Below are positions 9,596 to 21,304 of a stretch of DNA of 64,000 nucleotides, piece after piece. Source of the DNA: Candidatus Bathyarchaeota archaeon (GTDB taxonomy: Archaea; Thermoproteota; Bathyarchaeia; Bathyarchaeales; Bathycorpusculaceae); NCBI GenBank assembly GCA_963827165.1, contig CAWGZR010000005.1, positions 832,001 through 896,000 on the forward strand, read 5' to 3'. Under the pieces are notes generated by a model that had not been told where the DNA came from, ran no database searches, and worked only from the letters and a program-made list of their open reading frames with translations. Each line of letters opens with the position of its first letter. Position 1 is the stretch's first letter. A program made the translations under genes and the position numbers.

Positions 9596-11550
9596 CTATC
9601 TGGTTGATTGGTTTGCCGCGGTTTTTTTGCCTTTTTTTACGTAAAGTGCAGCTGCAAGACTTGCCGCCGTTAGGACTGAGATGACTACGTACAATGCGAA
9701 GTATGGATTGCCAGGGATACTTGTTGTTTTCTGCGTGTTTTGAGGCTGGGGATTGGCGTTTTGGTTTTGGATTGTTAGGTTTTTGATGGCGACAACTTCA
9801 TCTTCGTTGTTTGTGAGAAGCAAGACTGCTGGGCTGTTGCTATATTGCTTTGTGCTTTCGATTACGGTGCCGTTTTCGTAGCTTAAGTTAGTGGTAACTT
9901 CGTCGTTGTTTATTTTGGTGGAGACCTGGTACCAAGTGTTTTCTTTTGTGTTTTCTGTGGCATTTGTGATTGCAGCTGTTCCCTGCATGTTAGCTAAGTC
10001 TTCTTGGCTTAGCCCTTTGATATTTAGGCTGTAGTTGCCAGAGTTGTTTTGGAGGACAAGGCTGAATTGGTTGTCGATGGTTTGGTTAAAATTGTCAGGT
10101 AACATCAGAGGTGCAAAACCATTAGGAATACTTATCGGAACCGTTTCGTTGTGGGCAGGAATGTCTATGGTAGCTATTTTCCCATTGGACATCAACACTC
10201 GTTCCGTGCTGTCGGATACGCTTACATTTGTTGTTGGTACATTGGATATGGTTTGCCCCGCCGGAAGCACGATGAAGTTGTAGCTCAAAGAAGTATTCCC
10301 CCCAGAGGGACTGTAAGGAAGTCATTTGCACCCTGCATTGGAAACGTGGCGAAAGCTGCCAACCCAGGTTCGCCGAAAATGTAGTTGTAGTCGGTTGAGC
10401 TAAACTGGTAATAGGACTGGGGTCCGACGAAAACTGGCACGGTTTGACTGTCGGCTCCGGCGTAGTTTGAAGCGCCGTTCCAGCTGGACGTTATAAAGTA
10501 AGTTCCTGACGAGGTGAAGTTCCAGGTTAAGCTGTAGTTGCCTTCAAGATCCGTTCCTGCAGTGTAGAAGTTAAGTACTTCACCAGTGTAACTGGTGCTG
10601 CTCACGTAAATATTGACTGTTTGACTTGGAATCGCCGGGGTGATTGAACCTGAAATTATTATGGACCTCTCACCATTCACGTCGACTCTTGACGCTTGCT
10701 GGCTGGGGTTCACTGTTATAGTTGAAGGATCCAAATTGGTGTTTAAGCTCGCTGAAACTTCCGCTGGCGGCAGAGACTGCGCTACGGTGCTGAGCGGAAT
10801 GATGTTTGCTGTTGCAGACGCTAAAGCTTGAGATTGGTCTCCGACTTTCCAGTCGCCTTCGGGTGTGGCTTCAGCGGTCCAATAGGTTTTGTTGTCGAAT
10901 GCGAAGCTTGTCGGCGTCATGAAAGCAGTGTGATAGATTGGGGCATCTGGTAAATAGACTCCGACGTTCATATGCTGCGGGTTTATGCCCGTATAGAGAA
11001 TCAATACCACATCTAACCCCCCAGCTTCCATAATTGATGCAGCAAGAAGCGACAACCCGACGCAGTCCCCCATATTGTCCGCGAGTGTTTCGACCGGGTA
11101 ACGCGGGTCAGTAACGTTATATGGAATCTGATGGACAAATCCTAAAACTGCATCCGCAAACTGCTCTTGGGGGTGAGAGAGACCGTCAGTGACTTTAAGG
11201 ATAGAATCAGCAATAGGCGCTACTATCTGAGGAGTAACTAACTTTGCATAATCACTGTTGTCGTTTATTGAGTGAGTCAAGTTACCATAGTAGTTAACGA
11301 GCGATTGCGGTATTGAAACATAGAGTTTTTGGTTGTGTCCGCTCAGAAGTCTGGGCTCAACATTAATTATGCCGTATTGCCGGCTAACCCTGGACGGCGG
11401 CTTAATCACATAGGTCTTTTCGATGTTACCCACCGCTACCGCCTGAATCATGCAAGCCGCTAAGAGGACAATTAACAGAATAACCGCGGCCTTCCTAAAA
11501 CTAAAGAAATTCATGGGCATCCAACAAATAGTATTGGTTTTAAACCGCAA
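9596..11550 (-). CDS. secreted transglutaminase-like Cys protease domain protein with Ig-like domain and C-terminal TM anchor; frameshift near 10290
   Basis: Signal peptide; GDCVGLSLL, HMNVGV and TAEAT triad-like motifs; C-terminal TM plus basic tail in ORF 9596..10288. Confidence 0.7.
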
Positions 11551-11717
11551 TATGGAACTTTCAGCATGGATTTATCCCTTTTGCCAAATTAGTCCTTAAG
11601 CGTTGCCTATGTTGGTTAGAGCAAAAAAGCGGTTGGAAGTATTTTGAGTAAAGGCAAAAAACCGTTTTTGCTGCGAGTTGATGGTCGCACAAAAAAAAGC
11701 GCCAAAATCATGCCTTC

Positions 11718-12150
11718 TTATTTTACAAAGTCTGAACCGATGCCTGTATCCGTCGGCAGCCAAACTAGTAGAGATACTGTAGTTAAGTGTCAGTATCTCA
11801 ATTGAGATGGCGAGTTGGATTTTGTCAACCGGATAATTCTTTGCCTGCAGTGGTGTGTTGAGGTCAGCTCTAACCTTGTAAAGTTCGTATTTTACTTGGC
11901 TGGTGTGTGTGAGGAAACCAGAAGTTTGGCGCCGAGGTAGATGGGTAACACTTCATCAGGTGCCAGTCTGCGGTTGAGATGTTCGCATTAACCCGCGCGA
12001 AGTAGAAGTCAAAAGTGTAGCTACCCTCTCGATAGGCAAAGCTGTAAAGTTGATTAGCTACAATCCAATCTAAACCGTGTGATTCTCGTACTGGTTGTTG
12101 GTGCTGGGCTTAGTCAATTCGGGAGGAGTTTGGGCAACCGCATTCGTGCT
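11718..12150 (-). pseudogene. degenerate remnant resembling a pentameric ligand-gated ion channel extracellular domain
   Basis: Interrupted frames read LYSFAYREGSYTFDFYF and KYELYKVRADLNTPLQAKNYPVDKIQLAISIE (YPxD Pro-loop-like). Confidence 0.45.
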
Positions 12151-12239
12151 AAAACATGTTATTCATCGCATTTCTGTCCCATCCAGCAGAGATAAGTTTT
12201 TGAGCTTTGTGCGATTTCTTCTTTTGAAGGTGCAATTTC

Positions 12240-12560
12240 TTGGTCAAGTCTAATCTTGTTTCTTCGATAAAAGATGTGGAGCTTGCGGAAGGAAAGATGA
12301 AAGCCGTTAGGCTAAAGGGTAAGCCTATTTTGCTCTTGAAGGTAGGCGGCGAAGTTTACGGGGTTTCAAACCTTTGCCCTCATGCAGCCTGCAGCTTCCA
12401 AGGGGGAATCCTTACTGAATACACATTGATGTGTCCCTGCCACGGCTGGAAATTCGATATACGAAACGGGCAATACCAAGAAATCCCCCAGGTGAAGCTT
12501 TCCTGTTATCGTTGTAAGGTCGAAAACGGAAAGATATGGGTTGAAATCGTAAACGAGTAG
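12240..12560 (+). CDS. Rieske [2Fe-2S] ferredoxin
   Basis: CPH..CPCHGWKFD Rieske motifs. Confidence 0.92.
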   Translation: MVKSNLVSSIKDVELAEGKMKAVRLKGKPILLLKVGGEVYGVSNLCPHAACSFQGGILTEYTLMCPCHGWKFDIRNGQYQEIPQVKLSCYRCKVENGKIWVEIVNE

Positions 12561-12864
12561 TTATTTTATTTTTTCTAATTAAGGTCAAACTGCTGTTGCG
12601 GTGGCTTTAGGCTTTTTGAGTGATTTTCTACAATGGGTTTCTGCGGCAACCCTGTTTTTGAGGCTAACCCAGTAGTTTCTTAGTTGAGCAGTCATATCGC
12701 GATAAGTATCCTTGTGTCAACCAGTTTTATCTTTTGTGGCTTAATGCTAGGAGGCAGCTGAGCGAGTACAAATCGTCTTTTCCCCAAAAAAATGGGATAA
12801 CAGCTTTAAATAAGCCTGTTTGCTCGTTAAAATATAGATACTTCAGTGTGAAAGGAGGTTTTTT

Positions 12865-14216
12865 TTGAGCTTATTTGATTGGCAGCTTTTTTCTGATGCA
12901 GAATCTTTTCTTCAAACGCGGTTGGATGGGCTTTTTGGAAAGAGCAGCTTTGTTCTGGAGCAAGCAAACGAGATTCAGCGGAACACTTCGACGAACATTT
13001 TCGACTGGGTTGACCACTTGATTCTCCCAGCGCAAACGGTAAACGTTGAGGAACTTGTGAAGATGGGGTTTGAAGAATTCCCGAAAAGCTTGGATGGTGC
13101 ATCGGTTTTTCGGGTTACTGGAAGCACTCTGTTTCCCCTGATTCTGAAAAAAGGCAAAGATTCAGAAGTCGCGTTAGGGGTTGAAGACATTGAGGGTTTC
13201 GGAAAAATCGCTAGAAAGAAAAGAAGCCCTCAGGGGGAACCCAATTCCAGCTTTAGAAAGATAGTTCTTGTCAATGAAAACGATTTTATCCTTTCCGCCG
13301 TCGAAAGGCGGGGCTCAGCTGGATACACTGTTGAAGAAAAAAGTGACATTGACTCCTACCTTGATGCGTTGAATGCGTTATACTCACGTAAGAGACTATT
13401 TTCCACCGCTGAAGAGGGCATTTACGAAACTCAGAAACTGCTCAAATCCTTTGAAACAAGACTCAGCAAGCCACGATTAGCTGATGCGTTCTTTCGCGCT
13501 GAAAGACGTTACTGGGAAACCCGAAACAACGCCGCTCAAGTTCAAAAAACAAGGCAGAACAGAGTAGGCGCTGGATGGGGAAACGTTGACCATCACACCT
13601 TCAGGTCTTCACGCCAGAATTTTTCCGCTTTAATTCGGCTCTTCGAGTATCTTGGGACTTCACCTCCGAGAAAGCTTTCATGCTGGCGACCAAGCAGGTT
13701 GGGGCGCGCAAATTCTGGAGGACGAAGATGGAAGAAACGTTGTTTTCGCCGACGTTGACTTGTCGGCTGAAGAAAGAGGCGTTGATTTCGCTCACAGAGG
13801 ACTTGAAACGCGAAGCTCGCTTGGAACGGTTGGCTTGTGGGTTGGTTTGAATGGAGAAAGCATTCTTGAGGCTGGGATGCATCATTTAGCCGCACGCTTA
13901 AACTTTGAAGCTGCACGAGAAGACCTGAAATCGATGGGTATCGGGATGATGAAGCCTTTTTCCAATTTTTCCTTTCTCAAACAAGCATTCACTGAACCTG
14001 AAAAATGGCAGGTTCAAGGAGAGAAACTGAATTTGCTGTTAAAAAACCAAAGCCTGAGCAGTGAGCAGGCATCGATGTTTCTGCGGGAGGGAGTAGTCGG
14101 CGGCCATTTGGAGAACTATTCAGCGGAGTCAAGGTTTCAAGGGGTTCAACCAGAACTCTGTTAGCGCAATAATCAAATTGACGAACCCGTTAGTGCAGGA
14201 AGGAAAATACGCCTAA
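12865..14216 (+). CDS. uncharacterised VOC/glyoxalase-fold-like metalloprotein; frameshifts near 13655 and 14120
   Basis: ORFs 12865 and 13652 plus tail GFKGFNQNSVSAIIKLTNP..* at 14216; motifs DHHTFRSS, MHHLAAR, GGHLEN. Confidence 0.6.
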
Positions 14217-14222
14217 GTCAGA

Positions 14223-15196
14223 TTAGGCGTTGGGGTTTTGGCTTAGCTGTTGTAATGCTCTCAGACGTTTGGTTACGTTGGGGTGAGTCGAGAAAGCTTC
14301 TTTTAACTTGTCTGCGCCTGTTATTTTTCTCGATAGGATTTCTTGAACCATGAGCGTTGCGTCGAGGCTTTTCGCAGCTTGTTCTGAATCGCCTGGGTCG
14401 GAGATGAAGAGGCATCTGAAGGCACTTGCGCCTTGCGTTGTCCTTGACCTCTTGACTTGCTGGGTTTCTTTGAGGCGCTGACGATTTTCGCGAGACCCGT
14501 CGAGAGTTTCCATGCGCCGTTATCTACCACTTGAACGCTGTTCCTATCTGCGTAGTACTCACGTACCCTGCTGAGCCACAACGTAAAGAAAGTAAGCAGA
14601 TAACCGAATCCCATCAAGCCGATGCCGATGATTGCGCCGTTGCCGTTGCTGCCGCCACTTCTCCTGCTTCCTCCAGAAGCCACTCCTGACCACATAAGTG
14701 AGTAGCCAGGTACATGAAAACAGACGGCAACGCAGAAACAGCCATCATAACCTGGACGTCTTTGTGGCTGAGGTGTCCCAGTTCATGTCCTAAAACCGCT
14801 TCAACCTCGTCAGTGTTCAACGCTGTAAGCAATCCTGGAGTTACTGCGACACGGCTGCCTGTAAGCGGCGAACCATAAGCGAAAGCATTTGGAACAGGAA
14901 CCTGAGCTAGCATAAGCTCTGGGGTTTTTATATGGCATTTCTGACTTAGGTTGTTGACGATTTGGTGAAGTTGCGGATTCTCTGCTTGTGAAATTTTCCT
15001 AATCTTGTAGACAAACGCCTAGCAAGTATGGTGCGAATAGCCATTGCGCAATGTTTATGCCTACTACTATTATGCCAACTGCAATGATGTTGAAGACGCC
15101 GAAATACAACATAACGCCAGTTAAGACTAGCGTAGACAACCCGATGATAATCGTAAGGGTCGCTAGCATTGAAAGCCTAAGTTCAACTATACCCAT
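14223..15196 (-). CDS. htpX: M48 zinc metalloprotease HtpX; frameshifted
   Basis: PNAFAYG, HELGH, LSRVREYYAD, STHP motifs across four ORF pieces. Confidence 0.88.
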
Positions 15197-15409
15197 ATTG
15201 GTCAACTATTGGCATGCGTAACAGCCGCTTATATTTTTTGCTTATTCCAAGCGCTATTTGCCAAGGAAACTAGACATGACAAGTTTTCATTTGGCAATTT
15301 TGACAGCAGAACTCTTGATTTTCTTCGCAGAAAAAAGAGAAGCTGGGCATGTCGATAGTGTTTAATATTAAAATAGGATGCATTGAGTAATTAATGAAAT
15401 CATCAGCGG

Positions 15410-15706
15410 GTGAAGATTAGGATGAGCGAAAGTAACTTTGAAAGTTTAGAAATCGAGGTTGACCCTCATGCTCTTGAGTTTCTCAAGAAAAGCGGTGACG
15501 TCTTCGTCCTCACAGATGTTCAAAACCCCCAATACTCATACTACAGAGTGAAGGGTTACGACGCAAATCTTAAAATCAAGTTCGAAGAATTCGTGGAACT
15601 CTGCAAAGGGTACCCTGAAGGCCAAACTGACCCTAATAATCCAAACCGTCGAATTCATAGTCACAATATTCAACGTAAATTCCCCATCAAACACTTTGCC
15701 TTCTAA
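15410..15706 (+). CDS. hypothetical protein
   Basis: 98-aa ORF with plausible composition and AT-rich upstream region. Confidence 0.5.
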   Translation: MKIRMSESNFESLEIEVDPHALEFLKKSGDVFVLTDVQNPQYSYYRVKGYDANLKIKFEEFVELCKGYPEGQTDPNNPNRRIHSHNIQRKFPIKHFAF

Positions 15707-15965
15707 TTTGGGATTCTATGTTGCGAAATCAGGCTTTCCAACCGTCGATGAATGGTTGAAAAGCTTAAAGGTCAGATGAAATTCCCGATTGCGAAAGCGG
15801 ATACAGAAAAACATTCTACCTCTACCACATACAAACATCCTAAAATCACATCTGTTCCTTTAACATCGTTTTTGCGGGACTCAGCGCCAAATCGTTTGTT
15901 CAGAATGGAAAATCTTAAAAGCCTACGCTCATTGTGGATTGGTTTAGTTTGAGAAATTGTTGAAG

Positions 15966-17243
15966 ATGACAAAAATGAAGAGACTACTTGCTGCTTTACT
16001 TCTAGGGCTTTTATGTTTGTCGATTTTCGTAGCATTCGCGCCCAAAGCTATGGCAACAATCAGTAGATTGGTGGTCCAGTTTCCGCCACGACCCAGCGCA
16101 TACGGCTTACTCCACTTCAACGGGACCGACTAAAAACACCCTTCTATGGAGTTACGCAACAGGGAATTCTATAGACTACAGCTCTCCCGCTGTTGTTAAC
16201 GGAGTTGTTTTCGTCGGCTCAGACGATCACTATGTTTATGCCTTGAACGCTGCAAACAGCGCATATATCTGGAGCTACAAAACTGGCGGCTCAATTGATT
16301 CTTCGCCTGCAGTGGTTAACGGCGTAGTTTACATCGGCTCAAAAGACCACAAAGTCTACGCCATAAACGCCACTAGCGGCAGCAAATTATGGAGTTACAA
16401 AACAGGCGACCAAGTGGAATCTTCTCCTGCAGTCGTTAATGGCGTTGTTTACGTTGGCTCAGACGACAGCAAAGTTTACGCATTAAACGCCCAAACCGGC
16501 ACCAAAGAATGGAGCTATACTACAGGTAGCGCGGTCGTTTCCTCCCCAGCAGTTGCCGACGGCGTCGTTTACGTCGGTTCAGAAGACAACAGCGTTTACG
16601 CTTTGAGCGCTGCGTCGGGCACGAAAATCTGGAGTTACTCGACAGCCAGTTCAGTGGATTCCTCTCCCTCAGTTTTCAACGGCACAGTCTACATCGGCTC
16701 AGACGACGACAGCGTGTACGCGATTAAACGCTCAGACAGGCGCCAGAGTTATGGGTCTTCGGCACAGGCGACCAAGTGGATTCATGCCCCGCCGTAGCAA
16801 ATGGGGTAGTTTACATCGGTTCGGAAGACTATAATGTATACGCTTTGAACGCAGCAACAGGCAGCAAAATATGGAGCTACAGCACTGGTAGCCAGGTGGA
16901 GTCTTCTCCCGCGGTCGCTAACGGCATAGTCTATGTTGGCTCAGACGACGACAACGTGTACGCACTGAACGCATCAACAGGCATTACAATATGGACTTAC
17001 GGAACCACCGAACTCGTGGATTCTTCCCCCGCAGTTGCAAACGGCGTGGTTTATGTCGGGTCAGACGACAAAAGCATATACGCTTTTGGCACAATTACGG
17101 TTCCCCAACCTACCCCATATCAACCGCCAATCCCCGAGTTCCCAAGCCAAGCAGTTACCATTTCACTGGTTGCCCTCGTTGCTTGCTCTGCCTTTGCTGT
17201 GATCGCTGCAAAAAAGAAGAGTATAAACGGGAAAAGACTTTAG
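15966..17243 (+). CDS. secreted PQQ/BamB-like beta-propeller repeat protein with PEF motif and TM anchor; frameshifted
   Basis: Signal MTKMKRLLAALLL; about eight ~40-aa repeats SSPAVxNGxVYxGSxDxxVYALNAxTG; tail IPEFP-TM-KKK. Confidence 0.85.
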
Positions 17244-17297
17244 CAAGAACCTACGGAAAAATCAGCTTAGCATGTAAGGTCAGCGAGTCGATTTGCC

Positions 17298-18766
17298 TTA
17301 TTTATTCTCTATATAGGTTTTCTGGAGTTTCCCTGAGTAGTCAACGTAAACTGTTTTTAACTCAGTAAATTCCTTGATACCTTCTGGTCCATCTTCCCGC
17401 GTGTTTCCCGAATGTTTCACGCCGCCGAAGGGAAGGTGACATTCTGCGCCAATTGTTGGGCTGTTAACGTAGGTTAATCCTGCCTGCAGCTTGTTGATTG
17501 CGACAAAAGCGTTGCTTATGCTGTTGGTGTAGATGGAGGAGCTTAAGCCGTACTCCACGGAATTCGCAATTTCAATCGCTTCATCCAGGTTTCGTGCTGA
17601 GAAAATCGAGATTACTGGTCCGAAGATTTCTTCCTGAGCAATCCGCATGTTCACGGTGCAGTCAGTGAAGATTGTTGGTTCAAAAAAGTACCCTTTCAAA
17701 TCTTCAGGTATGCTGCCTCCGATCAGGAGCTTGGCGCCTTCTTTTTTCCCGATTTCCACGTATCTGCCTACTTTATCCTGAGCCGCTTTGTTGACCAAAG
17801 GTCCAAGATCGCTTTAGGGTCCAATCCGTTTCCAAGTCTTAGCCTGCGGACTTGTTCAACCAGCATAGCTTCAAAGGGTTCTTTGATTTTCTCGTGAACT
17901 ATCACTCTGGAGCTGGCTGTGCATCTTTGCCCTGAAGTTTCGAAGCCGCCCCATAGAACCCCGTTAACCGCCAGCTTAAGGTCCGCGTCATCCATAACGA
18001 CAATCGGGTTTTTTCCGCCCATCTCAAGATTCAACCGTTTAAGCCCGGCTTCCCTCAAGATGGTCGCGCCTGTATCTTTGTGCCCTGTAAAACTGATTAC
18101 TCGCACACGTTTATCCTTAATCAAAGCCATCCCGACCGTTTCGCCTGGTCCAGTAACCAAGTTGAGCACACCTTTCGGGATACCTGCCTTCTCCATCGCC
18201 TTTACAAGCTTGGTCGCGCAAAGCGGCGTGTCGGATGCAGGCTTGAGCACGGCGGTGTTTCCGCAAAGAAGAGAGTAAAAGACTTTTTTGGCAGGGATAG
18301 CTATCGGAAAGTTCCACGGGGAAATCAATCCTGCCACGCCGATCGGTAGCCGCACAGTCATCGCGAATTTGTTTGGTTTCTCTGATGGCGCGGTGTATCC
18401 GAAGAGCCTTTTGCCTTCGCCTGCAGCGTAGAACCCGACGTTGATTGCTTCTTGAACATCGGCGGTTGCATCAAGTAGCGTTTTACCCATTTCACGGGTC
18501 ATGATTTGAGACAGTTCATCTTTGTTTTCGCTGAGCAACTGGGCAGCCTTGAAAATGTAGTCGGCACGTTTGGGCGCTGGCGTATCTGACCAAGCTTTAA
18601 AGGCTTTTTCGGCTGCATCAACCGCCTTCATGGCGTCAAGTGCATTTCCTCTTTGAAATTCCCCAATAACCTCATTTGGGTCTGCAGGGTTCATTCTTGT
18701 GAAAGTTTCACCTGAATCTGAATTTACCCATTCGCCATCTATGAACAATTGATATTTCGAAACCAT
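17298..18766 (-). CDS. NAD(P)-dependent aldehyde dehydrogenase; frameshift near 17810
   Basis: PWNFP, KPAS, SFTG, LEMGGKNP, GQRCT, EEIFGPV, PFGGVKHSG. Confidence 0.93.
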
Positions 18767-18942
18767 ATTAACCACAACACGAATTGGGCCCTCAAAAAAA
18801 GAGGCGTAAGTTAAGCTCCTTTCTTGATTGTTTTGGGTCAATTCATAGAATGGTAAATGCCATTATTAACCTCTTCGAAATGCAGACTTAAGAAAAACAA
18901 TTTCTTATGCCGCGAGAATTATATTAAGCGAGGCTTAAAGCA

Positions 18943-19560
18943 GTGCAGGGTTACATTGGGATTCTGAATATGAGTCTGGGAATTTTAGGCATTGGGAGCC
19001 GAACCCATCGTCACCTGAACTTGCTGCTATAGTTGCCGCAGGGTTAATCGATAAGAACTGCCCGGATTCTGGATATCGGCTGCGGAGGTGGATTGGACGC
19101 AATTTTCTTGGCGCGCAAGGGTTCAGTGTTGCTGGAGTCGACTTAAGCAGAAGGCACTTAAAATCGGCAAGAAAAGAGCCAACAAAGCGCAGTTCAAGTT
19201 GACTGGATAGTTGGAAGTGCTTTTAATTTGCCCCTTAAGGATGATGTCGTCGATTTCGTAGTTGACCGCGGTTTATTTCATGTGATAGAAGATGACGATA
19301 GACCACGGTATAGTTCTGAATTATTCCGTGTCATGAAACCTTCTGGGTCGGTCGTGATTAGGGGCGCAAGCAGCGAGGTGCGTCAAGACCGTTTTAACCC
19401 CGTAACGGAGCAAGCTATCGATAAGGCCTTCAGGAAATCAAAGTGGCGTCGAGGGGAGGTTGTACCTTCGTCGCTTTCTTCTTGTGCGGGAACCATCGAC
19501 GCCCGCATTGTAATGCTGAGAAAGTCTAGAAAAAATTTTCGCCAGCGGGCTACTCGTTAA
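18943..19560 (+). CDS. class I SAM-dependent methyltransferase; several frameshifts, start approximate
   Basis: Fragments ILDIGCGGG, GVDLS and LPLKDDVVDFVVDRGLFH. Confidence 0.7.
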
Positions 19561-19801
19561 GTTGTTTTTTCGATGATTTACGTTGCCCTTGTATTCTGAC
19601 GCTGTACCATTTCCAAATCTTGTCTGCCGCATCTTCAGAATATCCAGATTCAGCGAGCCTTCTTTTGAACGTTCGTTGAGTGGGCGCCCTTTGTTTTTTG
19701 TTGACTTGCTGCTGTTGCATATGCTTTCAGTTGGATGAAAAATAATAAAGGTTGCGAATCTTGAATCAAATTTGTAGACGTGTACAACAAAAATACAGTT
19801 G

Positions 19802-21304
19802 TCAAACCCTGCCCGTGTCCTTGGTCAACTCTGCAAGCCATGCGATTTTGTTCTCTTCAAACTGCCCTTCCGATACTCTCCACTCCCAGTTATGCAGCAG
19901 CCGGCTCGGATAATTCATTCTCGCCTCTGAACCAAGCCCTAAAATATCTTGAAGCGCGAGGAGGCAGAGCTTCGCCTTTGACTTCAGGGCAAGCTTAACG
20001 AATTCGATGTGGATTTCTTCTTCTGAAACCCGTTTGCCCAAGGTCTTGAAAACGCGATTTTTCTGCTCCTTAGATGCTTCGTCGCAAAACCATCCCCTTA
20101 CAGTGTTTGTGTCATGCGTTCCAGTGAAGACCGCCGAGTTGTAAATCTGGTTCTTCGGCAAGTTGGGGTTGACCTCTGAATCATCGAAAGCGAAAATCAA
20201 TACACGCATCCCCGGGATTCTTGTGCACTTCAGATTTTGGCGGACGGCTTCGGTGACCCTGCCCAGATCTTCAGCGATGAAAGGCAACTTTGGAAAGTTC
20301 TGTTTTAATGCGGAGAAGAAGCTTTTTGACGGCGTTTTTATCCACCTTCCCTTTTTAGCGGTTTTCGCCGCCGCTGGAATTTGCCAGTAAGCCGTGTAAC
20401 CGCGGAAATGATCCAGCCGAAGAATGTCGACAAGCCGCAAAGTGTGGCTTGCTCTTTTCATCCACCAACCAAAAGCAGTCTTCTTCATTTCACGCCAGTC
20501 GTACACAGGGTTTCCCCATCGCTGCCCAGTTTGGCTGAAATAATCAGGCGGCACACCCCCCACAAACCCCGGGTGCTTGTGCCCATTCAACTTGAAGAGT
20601 TCAGGGTGAACCCAAACATCGGCGCTGTCATCGCTCACATAAAAGGGTAAGTCGCCAATCAAACTAACTTTTTTGACTCTGCAACAATTCACCAGAGCGT
20701 TTAGCTGCGCAAAAAAAACAAACTGCGCAAACTTTTCTAGCTTCACAAGGTCTTGCAGCTCCAACTCTTTACGCTTCAAAGCATCGGGGTTTCGGTCACG
20801 AAGCAGCTTTGGCCAAAGATACCACGGTTTCTCGGCCTTATCCATTAGCGCTGCATAAAGAGCGTAATCGTTAAGCCAATCAGAGTTTTCTGTACAGAAC
20901 TTTTCGAAGCCTCGCCTCGAAATCTCGCCGAGGCCCCGCTTAAAGTTGCAGTACGCTTTCTTTATCATCGCTTTTTTCGCTGCGGTCACAGCCTCGAAAT
21001 CGACTCGGCCAGCAGGAAGCGTCAGTGTATCGCCGTTTTGGCCGGAAAGTAGGCATTCTTTAACCAGCAGTTCGGGGCTGATTAGCAAGGTGTTGCCTGC
21101 AAAAGCCGAGGTTGACTGATAGGGGGAGTTTCCGTTTTGGATGGTTGTCGGCGTTAACGGGAGAATATGCCAGTAACCCTGGTTAGTCTGTGAGAGCAAA
21201 TCGACAAAGCGGTAACTGGATGGACCCAAATCCCCGATTCCAAAGTCTGATGGCAACGAAGTGACGTGGACAAGAATACCGCTTGCCCTCTCCAAAATGG
21301 TCAT
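19802..21304 (-). CDS. malQ: 4-alpha-glucanotransferase (GH77)
   Basis: SPYQSTSAFAGN, GVPPDYFSQTGQRWGNP, LRLDHFRG, IAEDLG, TGTHDTNT, ARMNYP. Confidence 0.96.
   Translation of the reverse strand: MTILERASGILVHVTSLPSDFGIGDLGPSSYRFVDLLSQTNQGYWHILPLTPTTIQNGNSPYQSTSAFAGNTLLISPELLVKECLLSGQNGDTLTLPAGRVDFEAVTAAKKAMIKKAYCNFKRGLGEISRRGFEKFCTENSDWLNDYALYAALMDKAEKPWYLWPKLLRDRNPDALKRKELELQDLVKLEKFAQFVFFAQLNALVNCCRVKKVSLIGDLPFYVSDDSADVWVHPELFKLNGHKHPGFVGGVPPDYFSQTGQRWGNPVYDWREMKKTAFGWWMKRASHTLRLVDILRLDHFRGYTAYWQIPAAAKTAKKGRWIKTPSKSFFSALKQNFPKLPFIAEDLGRVTEAVRQNLKCTRIPGMRVLIFAFDDSEVNPNLPKNQIYNSAVFTGTHDTNTVRGWFCDEASKEQKNRVFKTLGKRVSEEEIHIEFVKLALKSKAKLCLLALQDILGLGSEARMNYPSRLLHNWEWRVSEGQFEENKIAWLAELTKDTGRV

Noticed and set aside
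12577-12761. Hydrophobic fragment with an EANP motif, possible small membrane-gene remnant
   Set aside because: Too short and interrupted to support a call
16140-17090. ~120-bp DNA repeats
   Set aside because: These are the coding blades of the beta-propeller, with synonymous divergence
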